Shown one piece after another: positions 14,749-23,396 of a DNA stretch of 33,176 bases. The position numbers were made by a program, and so were the translations under genes. The stretch's first letter is position 1; every line of letters begins with the position of its first letter. The DNA comes from a virus (Duplodnaviria > Caudoviricetes), in the IMG/VR virus record IMGVR_UViG_3300010011_000078, positions 1 to 33,176 of that record; one strand, written 5' to 3'. Below the pieces are notes generated by a model. It was not told the origin of the DNA. It did not search any database and saw only the letters and a program-made list of their open reading frames with translations.

Positions 14749-16170
14749 TTGCTTACGAGTATAAATTTTCTTTCTCCCGGAAACCCCTGGCCGCCACCTA
14801 CAGAGGCAGAGCGGTTGGAAAGATATGCTCAAAATAGGCTGTTGTTCGAGGGCAAACACGAGCTGGTATATAAAGACTGGATAAGGCTGCTCCGTGAGGA
14901 CCAGCAAGCGACACTTGAAATGGTATTGAATTGGCACAAACGACTGACGTTCCTGTTTGCCGATTTGCTACTGGGTGAACCGCCGCGAATTACGGCCGGT
15001 GACAAGGACAGTCAAGAGCAGGAAGCCGTTGAACGCATTATTGACGATAACGGTCTTTTTAATGTGGTCTACGAGGTAGCGTTGGATGTGTCACGTTACG
15101 GTACAGGCATCTTCAAGGTCCGTTATGACGGCCGAGCCATAATCGAAGGCCAGCAACCGGCGATATGGTTCCCCGTGGTTAAGCCGGACAATATCAAAGA
15201 AACACAAGCCCATGTATTGGCCTGGACATATGAGGAAGATACTCAGGAGCGGGGCAAAACGGTTACAAAGAAGTATCTCCAAACAGAGATACATGAAAAG
15301 GGTAAAATCACAACAGCGAAATACCCGATTGAGAATAACATAATCGGCCCGGCTATAGAATACGCAGAAATAGAAACCGGCGTTGATGAGTTTTTGGTTG
15401 TACCGGTTAATAATGTCCTTACCACCGATAGAGTGACGGGTCTTGACGATTATTCCGACTTGGATAGCATCATCCAGGAACTTGAAACCCGAATAGCGCA
15501 GATAAGCCGAATCCTGGACAAACACGCGGACCCGAATATGTATGGGCCGGATACGGCACTGGAGCACGACCCAGCAACAGGCCAATGGGGATACCGGGGC
15601 GGCGGTAAATACTTCCCCGTTGGCCAGGGCGAACAGCCGCCGGGCTATGTTACCTGGGACGGCCAATTGGAAGCGGCGTTCAAGCAGATTGATTTATTAA
15701 TGGAGCAGCTATATACCCTTTCAGAGACATCAGCAGCGGCATTTGGCCAGCTCAAGGCGGGCCTTGCCGAATCAGGCACAGCATTACGGCGTCTGATGAT
15801 GGCTCCGCTCGCAAAAGTCAATCGCATCCGCATGAGGTTCGATCCAGCGTTGAAAGAAGTCCTCTGGTTGGCATCGCGATTGGAAAAAGCTCAGGGTATG
15901 GCTGGAGCTGTTGTTCTTGAAAACATCCACATTGACTGGAAAGATGGCCTGCCGGATGACGAGCAGGAACTTACACAGAATGAAGTCCAGAGGTATACTG
16001 CCGGGCTGACAAGTCTTGAAAGCTCACTCAGGCGGCTATATGGGCTTGAGGGCGATGCGCTGCAGAAGGAGATTGACCGAATAAAGGCAGAACAGCAGAA
16101 CCAGGTCAATACACAACTGCCGACAATAACCTTGCCGCCAGCAGAGGACGAAGGCGAAGGTGAAGAATAA
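14749..16170 (+). CDS. Portal protein, SPP1 gp6-like
   Basis: Follows terL; ~470 aa; SGTALRR motif, I.W.DGLP.D. Probable TTG start at 14749 (track start 14728). Confidence 0.9.
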   Translation: MLTSINFLSPGNPWPPPTEAERLERYAQNRLLFEGKHELVYKDWIRLLREDQQATLEMVLNWHKRLTFLFADLLLGEPPRITAGDKDSQEQEAVERIIDDNGLFNVVYEVALDVSRYGTGIFKVRYDGRAIIEGQQPAIWFPVVKPDNIKETQAHVLAWTYEEDTQERGKTVTKKYLQTEIHEKGKITTAKYPIENNIIGPAIEYAEIETGVDEFLVVPVNNVLTTDRVTGLDDYSDLDSIIQELETRIAQISRILDKHADPNMYGPDTALEHDPATGQWGYRGGGKYFPVGQGEQPPGYVTWDGQLEAAFKQIDLLMEQLYTLSETSAAAFGQLKAGLAESGTALRRLMMAPLAKVNRIRMRFDPALKEVLWLASRLEKAQGMAGAVVLENIHIDWKDGLPDDEQELTQNEVQRYTAGLTSLESSLRRLYGLEGDALQKEIDRIKAEQQNQVNTQLPTITLPPAEDEGEGEE

Positions 16171-17576
16171 TGGCAGATGTAAGGAGGTTCAGCGACGCCG
16201 AGATAAACCGGCTTGTTAAATTCTACGAACAGGCCGAGCGGGAAATACTTGATCGGCTGAACCGGGCTCTGCTTCGGGGCAATAAGACAGAATACCTTGC
16301 CCAGATGAAGAAGAACATTGAAGCTATCCTGCAGCAGCTCCGAGAGGGAAATAGAACTTGGTGCGAGCAGGCCATACCGAGGGTTTATTCTCAGGGCCTG
16401 TATTCTGCAGATGCTATGCTGAAAGACATCGGAGCAACCGTCAAGACCGGTTTTGGCGCTATCCATCAGCAGGCAGCGCAGGTACTGGCCGAAAACGCAT
16501 TTCAGCGGTTCGAGGACGTCGTACAGGTGATAGGCCGCCAAGTCAACGATATATACCGGGAGCTGGCGTTGGAAAACGTCAGAGGAACAGTAGTAGGCTA
16601 CGATACGTGGAAGCAGACTGCCCGAAGATTCAGGGAACAGCTTGCAGAGCGGGGTGTGACCGGGTTCAAGGACCGCTCCGGTCGGATGTGGAATATGCGG
16701 ACTTATACGGAGATGGTAGCGAGGACAACTACCATGCAGGCGCATCTTGAAGGCACAGCCAACCGGCTGGTAGAGCAGGGACATGACCTGGTGAAGGTTA
16801 GCACTCACCGGGGAGCTTGTGAACTATGCCAGCCGTGGCAAGGAAAGATACTGAGCATCACGGGGAAAACAAAAGGATATCCGACGCTGGAAGAGGCTAA
16901 GGCGGCTGGGCTGTTTCATCCGAACTGCAGACATGCTTATGGCCTGTATATCGACTTGGAAGATGAGGATAAAGGAACTGAAAGAAAACAGGAATTGTCT
17001 CCCGAAGAAGAGAAAAACTACATCGAAATAGAAGGCTTGCCTGAAACTGCTAAAACTGGACTGGCAAAAGTATTAACAGAAGCTCTGCAACATGGGCTGA
17101 AAACTGGGAAAGAATGCTTACTGCATATTGACGCAAAGACAGGAGAAAGTGTATACTCTAAAATAGAAGGAACAGCTAAAGCGGTTGTGTTTCCACAGTC
17201 TTTGGTTGACTTTTTAGACAAGGCTGCACCTAGCAGTATAATATCAATCCATAATCATCCTAGCAGTAGCAGCTTTTCTGGTGCAGATTTAAACGTAATG
17301 TCGAGGTATAAATCTATTAGTTATTTAGTGGTTATAGGACATGATGGAACAAGATATGTAGTCAAGGTAGGGCAAGGATTAAGACCAGCAAGCACAGAGA
17401 TATTAGCTGAATGGAAAGCAGCTCATGACAGACATTTTAATTATTTTAATACAAAGGTTGCCTCAGGAGAACTAAAACCTGAGGACGCATGGAAAGAACA
17501 CACGCATTTAATAATGCAAGAAGTTGCTGAAAAGTTTGGTTGGATCTATAGGAGGGTGATGCCTAATGAAAGATAA
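16170..17576 (+). CDS. Minor capsid protein (head morphogenesis) with C-terminal JAB/MPN-like extension
   Basis: F.DRSGR.W...TY.EMV.RT, VSTH..AC..C.PWQG, GLFHPNCRH core; extension with E...SIHNHPSSSSFSGADL. Confidence 0.85.
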   Translation: MADVRRFSDAEINRLVKFYEQAEREILDRLNRALLRGNKTEYLAQMKKNIEAILQQLREGNRTWCEQAIPRVYSQGLYSADAMLKDIGATVKTGFGAIHQQAAQVLAENAFQRFEDVVQVIGRQVNDIYRELALENVRGTVVGYDTWKQTARRFREQLAERGVTGFKDRSGRMWNMRTYTEMVARTTTMQAHLEGTANRLVEQGHDLVKVSTHRGACELCQPWQGKILSITGKTKGYPTLEEAKAAGLFHPNCRHAYGLYIDLEDEDKGTERKQELSPEEEKNYIEIEGLPETAKTGLAKVLTEALQHGLKTGKECLLHIDAKTGESVYSKIEGTAKAVVFPQSLVDFLDKAAPSSIISIHNHPSSSSFSGADLNVMSRYKSISYLVVIGHDGTRYVVKVGQGLRPASTEILAEWKAAHDRHFNYFNTKVASGELKPEDAWKEHTHLIMQEVAEKFGWIYRRVMPNER

Positions 17577-17721
17577 AAAGGAGATTATTGGTCTGGACTT
17601 GTTGGACTACGTTCCGGATTATACTAAGTCTTTAGAAGAAAACAATAAGATTTATAGGCAAAAGTACTTTGAGGTTTACGGTGAATATCCGCCGGAACTA
17701 AAAGACAGCAAGAAAGATTGA
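17566..17721 (+). CDS. Small protein (51 aa) coupled to the minor-capsid extension; candidate immunity/partner
   Basis: AGGAGG/GGTGA RBS, overlaps the upstream stop; MKDKKEIIGLDLLDYVPDYTKSLEENNKIYRQKYFEVYGEYPPELKDSKKD. Confidence 0.65.
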   Translation: MKDKKEIIGLDLLDYVPDYTKSLEENNKIYRQKYFEVYGEYPPELKDSKKD

Positions 17722-17759
17722 GCACCTTGATCAGAAATTTATCGGGTGCTTTTCTTTTT
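17721..17759 (+). terminator. Intrinsic terminator between convergent genes
   Basis: AGCACC..GAT / ATCGGGTGCT stem followed by TTTCTTTTT. Confidence 0.7.
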
Positions 17760-18081
17760 AGGGATTTTCCGGTTTAGGCTCGCCCTCCACAGCAATGCCG
17801 TAAATGGAAGGATCATTAAACCGCATAGGTATCAGCACCCGGCTTTTGTAGCAATAGCAGCTTTTTTCCGGCGCCCAAATAATATTGCCCATATTGGGCT
17901 TAGTGCCAGGGCGCGGGATATACCAGTGTCCGCACTCTTTCCAAAATAGCCGGGTATGCTTCTTACCGAGCCGAATTAAGGTGGGAATCATCTTCTGTTG
18001 ATAGATTAAGCTGATGCGGTGATTGATGCCAACATGGACGGATAATTCGTCCTGCGGCATGTACCATTGAAATTCACTCAC
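17758..18081 (-). CDS. Antisense moron, hypothetical protein
   Basis: AAGGGTG RBS 6 nt before GTG 18081; minus-strand TATAAT at 18106-18101; no credible competing plus-strand gene. Confidence 0.65.
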   Translation of the reverse strand: MSEFQWYMPQDELSVHVGINHRISLIYQQKMIPTLIRLGKKHTRLFWKECGHWYIPRPGTKPNMGNIIWAPEKSCYCYKSRVLIPMRFNDPSIYGIAVEGEPKPENP

Positions 18082-18139
18082 AAAATACACCCTTGGATAA
18101 ATTATACTCCAGGGGTTTTGTCATGAAAAGGAGGCAATT

Positions 18140-18430
18140 ATGCAGATTCCTGAGAAAATCAAGATAGGCGGCTACATAGTCAGCGTAGAATTTGTTAACA
18201 ACCTGATGACGGACAGACAGCATACAGGGGAATATCATCCGAGGATTCAAACCATAAAAATTGACAAAGATTGTTCAGAACAGGAAAGAGAAGAGGTGTT
18301 CATTCATGAGGTGTTAGAAGCGATAAAAGCAATTTACGATATTCCGTTAGAACACAGAGATTTATCGCTTTTGGCAACTGTACTGCATCAGGTAATCAAA
18401 GACAATCCGGAAGTATTTAAAACAGAATAG
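18140..18430 (+). CDS. Small zincin-like phage protein (HExxE variant)
   Basis: AGGAGG RBS; IPEKIKIGG..V.V...G.Y....I.I......EEVFIHEVLEAI pattern. Confidence 0.75.
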   Translation: MQIPEKIKIGGYIVSVEFVNNLMTDRQHTGEYHPRIQTIKIDKDCSEQEREEVFIHEVLEAIKAIYDIPLEHRDLSLLATVLHQVIKDNPEVFKTE

Positions 18431-18439
18431 CTTGCAAAT

Positions 18440-18464
18440 AAGCGCCTTCGGGCGTTTTTATTTT
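18440..18464 (+). terminator. Intrinsic terminator
   Basis: AAGCGCC-TTCG-GGCGTTT then TTATTTT. Confidence 0.8.
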
Positions 18465-18485
18465 GTCATTTAAGGAGGAGAAGCA

Positions 18486-18683
18486 ATGAAAGGGAGTACA
18501 GGTTATTACAAAATAAGTCTAAGGCCTAAATACTGCGAAGGTGAGCATGTTGAGGTCTATATACAAGCTGACAAAAAAAAGCTTGTGCAGTTTTTAGCTG
18601 ACATCGGAGATTCTTTCTATGTCGTGATACTTGACGTGAACACCGAAGGATACATCTTGACAACCAAAGAACCCAGTAAATAG
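18486..18683 (+). CDS. Small hypothetical protein
   Basis: AAGGAGG RBS, 65 aa, followed by GGCGG..CCGTT + T-tract. Confidence 0.7.
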   Translation: MKGSTGYYKISLRPKYCEGEHVEVYIQADKKKLVQFLADIGDSFYVVILDVNTEGYILTTKEPSK

Positions 18684-18707
18684 GCGGCTGTATGACCGTT
18701 TATTTTT

Positions 18708-18779
18708 TGCTCTGGCTTAGTATTCACGGAGCATAAATGTGAAGACCTGAGAACTGGTACTGACCAGTATAAAAAAGTA
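18708..18779 (+). promoter_or_regulatory. Structured 5' leader of the scaffold gene (tandem pseudoknot candidates)
   Basis: TGCTCT/GGAGCA crossed with TTCAC/GTGAA; ACTGG/CCAGT crossed with TACT/AGTA; each has an ATAAA linker. Confidence 0.5.
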
Positions 18780-18799
18780 ACAGGAAAGGAGATTTATTA

Positions 18800-19423
18800 A
18801 TGGATTGGTTAAAGGAAATCTTGAAAAAAGCCGGAATTGAGGAAGGAAAACTGGACAGCGTGATTGGCGACATCAACAAGGAGCTGCCGAAATACTTTAT
18901 CCCGAAGGATAAGTATAATGAGGTAGCCGAGGCGAAGAAGAAGCTGGAGGCAGATATTGCCGAAAGAGACAAACAGCTTGAGGACTTGAAGAAGGCCGCA
19001 GGCTCAAACGAGGAACTCAAGAAGCAGATTGAGGCCTTGCAAGCCGAGAACAAGAAGGCCGCCGAGGAATGGCAGGCAAAGATGTCACAGATGAAGCTTG
19101 ACTTTGCCATAGAAAGAGCGCTGACAGCTGCCAAGGCCAAGAACCCGAAAGCTGTAAAGGCCTTGCTTGATATGGATAAAGTTAAGCTGGATGGCGACCA
19201 ACTGCTTGGCATAGATGAACAGCTGAAAGCACTCCAGCAGTCAGACCCATACCTTTTCGGCGATTCCGGCAAAGTAGGGGGAGGCACAAACCCGCCAGGT
19301 GTCGGAGACCCCGAAGTAAATCCGTGGAAGCCGGAGACGTTTAATCTTACTCTGCAGGGCAAGATCCTGCGCGAGGACCCGGCTAAAGCGGCACGGATGA
19401 AAGCAGAGGCGGGAGTAAAATAA
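18800..19423 (+). CDS. Capsid scaffolding protein (Phage GP20 family)
   Basis: FIPKDKYNEV, coiled coil, AKAKNPKAVKALLD, EQLKALQQSDPYLF, NPWK.ETFNLT.QG. Confidence 0.93.
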   Translation: MDWLKEILKKAGIEEGKLDSVIGDINKELPKYFIPKDKYNEVAEAKKKLEADIAERDKQLEDLKKAAGSNEELKKQIEALQAENKKAAEEWQAKMSQMKLDFAIERALTAAKAKNPKAVKALLDMDKVKLDGDQLLGIDEQLKALQQSDPYLFGDSGKVGGGTNPPGVGDPEVNPWKPETFNLTLQGKILREDPAKAARMKAEAGVK

Positions 19424-19448
19424 CAACATTAAAGAAAGGTGATGAAAC

Positions 19449-20411
19449 ATGGCAAAAACACTTATTGCTGATGTAATTGTTCCAGAGGTATTTAATCCGT
19501 ATGTTATTCAGCGTACTGCAGAACTTTCCGCCTTTTATCAGAGTGGCATTATTGCCAGAACACCTGAATTAGACAGGCTGGCAAGCTCTGGCGGAAAACT
19601 GCTCAATATGCCCTTCTGGGAGGACCTGACCGGTGATGATGAAGTATTGAGCGACACCGATGCCCTGACCGTCGGTAAAATCACCGCTGCACAGGACGTG
19701 GCAGCACTCTTGACAAGAGGTAGAGCATGGAGCGTGAATGACCTGGCAAAAGCCCTGTCCGGTGATGACCCGATGGCAGCTATCGGTGACCTGGTGGCCG
19801 AATATTGGGCAAGGAGATTCCAGGCTATATTGATTAAGACCCTGGACGGCATCTTTGGAAATACTGCAACCGGAATGGATACAAACAAACATGATATTTC
19901 CTCAGGAGATGGAGATGCAGCTGTAATTGATGCTAAGACTGCCGTCGATGCAATCTACAAACTGGGCGACAATGCAGATAAGTTGACCGGCTTTGCGATG
20001 CACTCCGCTACGGTAGCAAAGCTGACGAAGGATGACCTGATTGAAACCATTCCCCCGTCTGAAGGGAAGCCGGCAATCAGAACTTTCCTTGGCAAGCCTG
20101 TTGTGGTTGATGACAGCCTGCCTAATGATAACGGCGTATACACAACTTATATATTCGGCGCCGGTGCCTTTGGCTGGGGTGAAGGTGGAGCACCTGTGCC
20201 GGTAGAAACCGCACGTGATGCACTGGCTGGTGACGACATACTCGTTCACAGGAGACATTTCATTCTCCATCCGAGAGGAGTAGCCTTCCAGAATGCTTCT
20301 GTTGCAGGCGCAACCCCGAGCAACGACGAGCTGGCAAATTACCAAAACTGGAAGCGTGTGTATGAGCCTAAGAACGTGAGGATCGTGCAGTTTAAGCACA
20401 AACTGGCATAG
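19449..20411 (+). CDS. Major capsid protein
   Basis: T.IADVIVPEVFNPYV, MPFW.DL.G, SGDDPMAAIG, MHSA, FLGK.VVVDD, HPRG, NW.RVYEPKN; follows the scaffold gene. Confidence 0.95.
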   Translation: MAKTLIADVIVPEVFNPYVIQRTAELSAFYQSGIIARTPELDRLASSGGKLLNMPFWEDLTGDDEVLSDTDALTVGKITAAQDVAALLTRGRAWSVNDLAKALSGDDPMAAIGDLVAEYWARRFQAILIKTLDGIFGNTATGMDTNKHDISSGDGDAAVIDAKTAVDAIYKLGDNADKLTGFAMHSATVAKLTKDDLIETIPPSEGKPAIRTFLGKPVVVDDSLPNDNGVYTTYIFGAGAFGWGEGGAPVPVETARDALAGDDILVHRRHFILHPRGVAFQNASVAGATPSNDELANYQNWKRVYEPKNVRIVQFKHKLA

Positions 20412-20422
20412 TCAAACAAAGC

Positions 20423-20444
20423 GAGAGGGCCTTTGCGCCCTCTC
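20423..20444 (+). other. Hairpin after the major capsid gene (mRNA stabiliser or weak terminator)
   Basis: GAGAGGGC / GCCCTCTC, no U-tract. Confidence 0.55.
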
Positions 20445-20466
20445 CCTCATTAATTGAGGTGATATT

Positions 20467-20691
20467 ATGAAATGTGTTGTTTATGATGTAGATTGTTTCA
20501 GACAACAGGAAAAATATTGTTACTGGTTTTTATATCCCTTTTATCGAACAGCGGTCCATATCAGAAATGCAAAATATTGGTTTTACCGCTACCTAAACAG
20601 AAAAGGGATTATGAAAACACCGGAAGGATGCGTTATGTGTATTACTGACATACCATTTGTCAAAAAGGTTGCCGAGAGAATAGCGAGGTGA
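20467..20691 (+). CDS. Hypothetical protein
   Basis: GAGGTGA RBS, 74 aa, AT-rich. Confidence 0.6.
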   Translation: MKCVVYDVDCFRQQEKYCYWFLYPFYRTAVHIRNAKYWFYRYLNRKGIMKTPEGCVMCITDIPFVKKVAERIAR

Positions 20692-20695
20692 TTTT

Positions 20696-20902
20696 ATGGC
20701 AGTTGATATAACTGGATTTAACCGCATGCGCAGACAGCAGGCAGAAAAAGCCAAGAAGGAGGCGGAGGCCAAATGTCAGAAAGCTACTGCACAATCGAAT
20801 ACGCAGACGAATACTTCAAAAACCGCCTCCACGCCGAAAGCTGGAGCGGTGCAGACAGCAGCACCAAAGAAAAAGCCCTCAAGCAAGCAACAAGAGCAAT
20901 AG
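20696..20902 (+). CDS. Small basic post-capsid protein; 3' part overlaps the next gene
   Basis: GAGGTGA RBS; MAVDITGFNRMRR resembles the short F.R.RR starts seen after capsid genes. Confidence 0.45.
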   Translation: MAVDITGFNRMRRQQAEKAKKEAEAKCQKATAQSNTQTNTSKTASTPKAGAVQTAAPKKKPSSKQQEQ

Positions 20903-21195
20903 ACCGGCAGCGATTGAACGGTAACAAAACGGATCCTTCTCAGCCTTTGGCCTTCCCCAGATACCCCGATACTGAAATCCCGGAAGCTGTGAAGGAAGCC
21001 TGTTGCGAGGAAGCCCTTGCACTATTGGAAAGGGGCAACAGTCAGCGGAGGAAATTACAGCAGGAAGGGGTGCAGTCTTTTTCGCTGGGGAATATGAGCG
21101 AGACTTATGCACCGGGGGCCGGGCGTGGACTGTTAAGCCAGGAGGCGAAGGAACTGCTCCGGCCGTGGCTGATAGGTGCGGTGATGATAACATGA
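20773..21195 (+). CDS. Head-tail adaptor (DnaT-like annotated family)
   Basis: SY.T.EYADEYF..R, KEKAL.QATR.ID, Q.LAFPR, IPEAVKEACCE.AL, LLRPW. Confidence 0.85.
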   Translation: MSESYCTIEYADEYFKNRLHAESWSGADSSTKEKALKQATRAIDRQRLNGNKTDPSQPLAFPRYPDTEIPEAVKEACCEEALALLERGNSQRRKLQQEGVQSFSLGNMSETYAPGAGRGLLSQEAKELLRPWLIGAVMIT

Positions 21196-21488
21196 TAAAA
21201 GGATATTTGAATCAAACCGCCACATGGCATTATACCACAGGGCAAATGAACGAATACGGTGAGCCATCAACCAGCAGCAAGACTATAAAAGTCCGCTGGG
21301 AAGGCAAGCGGAGGCTGGTCCGGGATAATCAGGGTCGGGAGGTAGTGTCTGAGGCAAGGGTATTTTGCATTGACCCTGTGAAGCCGGGAGATAGGCTCGA
21401 ATATGGTGGCAGGGAATGGCCGGTGATTGCTGTTTCTACTGTACCCGGACTGGACGGGAAAGAAAATCATAGGGAGTGTGCGGTCTGA
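21192..21488 (+). CDS. Head-closure protein
   Basis: ATGA overlap; NEYGEP, R.E.K.RLVRD..G.EVVS.A. Confidence 0.8.
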   Translation: MIKGYLNQTATWHYTTGQMNEYGEPSTSSKTIKVRWEGKRRLVRDNQGREVVSEARVFCIDPVKPGDRLEYGGREWPVIAVSTVPGLDGKENHRECAV

Positions 21489-21916
21489 TGGCAAATAAGA
21501 AATGGCGCATTAAAGAGGCCGTCAAGATTGCAGAGGAAGCGGCACTGAAGGCATTGCGCACAGGGGCGGAATCAATACTGACAGAAGCAATAGATGAAAC
21601 GCCTGTTGAGACTGGCACACTTCGCCGCAGTGGTACCGTAACTATAGGAGGAATTCCTGACGCGGCAAAAGTTTATGCTGCAGCAGAATCCGGAACTGAA
21701 ATGAAAAACGCTTTTCCACAACCTATTGGCAAAGAAAAGGCGGTATATGTATCATACAATACGCCGTACGCGCGCAGGCAGCATGAAGAATTGGGATATA
21801 ACCATCCCCTGGGCGGCAAGGCAAAGTATTTGGAAACGCCATTCAACCGGAACAAGAAGAAAGTACTCCAATATGCGGAAAAGCAGGTCAAAAAGGCCCT
21901 TGAGAAGGCAAAGTGA
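21488..21916 (+). CDS. Neck protein, HK97 gp10-like
   Basis: PVETGTLRRSG, YNTPYARRQHE, G.AKYLE.P. Confidence 0.88.
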   Translation: MANKKWRIKEAVKIAEEAALKALRTGAESILTEAIDETPVETGTLRRSGTVTIGGIPDAAKVYAAAESGTEMKNAFPQPIGKEKAVYVSYNTPYARRQHEELGYNHPLGGKAKYLETPFNRNKKKVLQYAEKQVKKALEKAK

Positions 21917-21927
21917 GGTGATGCCGG

Positions 21928-22302
21928 ATGCTGAGCGATATAGGCAACTATCTACAGGCCCAGGGAATAGGAACGCTGGGAACAAATATTTTTCTTGGCT
22001 TGATGCCAGATCAACCAGACAACTGCGTTGCCCTGTTTGAGTATGCCGGCAGTCCGCCTGACTTGCACTGGAACGGCGAATATCCCGGTTTACAGGTGAG
22101 GGTCCGGAACAAAAGCTATGCGGCTGCAAGGACAAAGATTGGGGAAGTGGCAAAGAAACTCCATGGGCTGCATGAGCAAACGCTGTCCGGCACTCGGTAC
22201 TTGCTCATCAAAGCCCGGGGCAGCCCTGAGGTGCTGAAACGTGATGCAAATAACAGAGTTGAGTTATTCGTGAATTTTGAAATTATAAAGGAGCGTGATT
22301 AA
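21928..22302 (+). CDS. Tail terminator (minor capsid 3-like)
   Basis: IFLGLMPDQPD, PGLQVRVR, D.NNR....NF; sits before the tail tube gene. Confidence 0.82.
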   Translation: MLSDIGNYLQAQGIGTLGTNIFLGLMPDQPDNCVALFEYAGSPPDLHWNGEYPGLQVRVRNKSYAAARTKIGEVAKKLHGLHEQTLSGTRYLLIKARGSPEVLKRDANNRVELFVNFEIIKERD

Positions 22303-22304
22303 TA

Positions 22305-22706
22305 ATGGCATTGAGTGGTTTTGGCGGCGGTGTATACATTGGAGACGCGCCGAAGAAGGTTGCAGAAATCGCAAACTGGAGTCTTGACATGAGCGCAGAT
22401 GATATTGACATCACCAGCTTTGACTCCGAGGGCTGGAGAGAAAGAATACAGGGCATAAAAGAATGGTCCGGATCTTTTGAGGGCAACTTCAAGCCGGATG
22501 ACACCGATGGACAGGCAGCCCTTATCAATGCCTGGTTGAATGGTCAGAAGGTAAAACTGGAATTACAGGTAAACAGTAATGTTAAATTCTCAGGCGAGGC
22601 GTTGATAACTCCCAGTATCGAGACACCGGTTGACGACAAAGCAAGTTTCAGCTGCGACTTCTCCGGAACCGGTCCGCTGACACCGACCTTAGGCGGCGGT
22701 AGCTGA
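22305..22706 (+). CDS. Major tail tube protein
   Basis: WSLDMSADDIDITSFDSEGWRERIQGIKEWSGSFEG...FSGTGPL. Confidence 0.9.
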   Translation: MALSGFGGGVYIGDAPKKVAEIANWSLDMSADDIDITSFDSEGWRERIQGIKEWSGSFEGNFKPDDTDGQAALINAWLNGQKVKLELQVNSNVKFSGEALITPSIETPVDDKASFSCDFSGTGPLTPTLGGGS

Positions 22707-23068
22707 TGGCTGTCATGGGACTGATAGGGGCGGTTTACGAAAGCGAGACCGCCCCTGTTTCAGAAAATATCGCTTTGCTGTTTGATTGGACCCTTGAAGT
22801 CCAGCAAAGAAAAGAATTCACCTATGGGCCGGAGTTGCACGGCATACCTACTGGTTGGCATGTGGCAGTACAGGCCTACTGGGCAGAAAAGGATCTGCAA
22901 CAGGATAAGGCTTTTATCCGGCTGTTCGTTGGTAAAGGTGAAGATAAGCGTTGTCTGGCAGGACAGGTGGAATTGCCTGTACTGAAAAAGACTGACGGCA
23001 TAAATGCATCGGAAATAAGATTGGAAGGCGTTAGCCTATTAGAGCAGGAGGATGAACATGAGGAATAA
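22706..23068 (+). CDS. Tail protein, possible divergent tube paralog
   Basis: TGATG coupling; MAVMGLIGAVY...IALLFDWTLEV parallels MALSGFGGGVY...VAEIANWSLDM. Confidence 0.6.
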   Translation: MAVMGLIGAVYESETAPVSENIALLFDWTLEVQQRKEFTYGPELHGIPTGWHVAVQAYWAEKDLQQDKAFIRLFVGKGEDKRCLAGQVELPVLKKTDGINASEIRLEGVSLLEQEDEHEE

Positions 23069-23396
23069 AATAGTGAAATTTGCAGACAAGGATATAAATG
23101 TCCAGGAAAAGCGCATCGGTGAACTTGAGATACTGGTGCGCGAACTATTTCCCGCAACAAAAGGTAAGCTCAAAAACCTTGACAAAGCACTGAATGACCT
23201 AGAGCTTGATTGGGATTTGCTTTATAATAAGCTGCCCGTGGTGTTCCCGGACATTACGGAAGAAGATGTCAAAAACGCTTACATGAGCGACTTGGAAAAG
23301 CTGATCGGAGCATTTATTGATGTAAATTTTTTCGCGCTGAAGCAGGTGCTTCCGAAGCTGATGCTTTTGGCTCAGACTGGCTCACAGCGGAAGTAA
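23058..23396 (+). CDS. Tail assembly chaperone (gpG-like)
   Basis: AGGAGG RBS; lies between tube and tape measure genes; slippery site near its 3' end. Confidence 0.8.
   Translation: MRNKIVKFADKDINVQEKRIGELEILVRELFPATKGKLKNLDKALNDLELDWDLLYNKLPVVFPDITEEDVKNAYMSDLEKLIGAFIDVNFFALKQVLPKLMLLAQTGSQRK
23324..23333 (+). other. -1 programmed frameshift site A AAT TTT TTC
   Basis: X XXY YYZ heptamers in the gpG frame; the -1 frame is open from here into ORF 23438-23758. Confidence 0.8.

Noticed and set aside
15891-16808. 305-aa minus-strand ORF, and other long antisense ORFs such as 3619-4377, 15091-15666 and 18724-19362
   Set aside because: Shadows of well-supported plus-strand genes, with no RBS or motifs.
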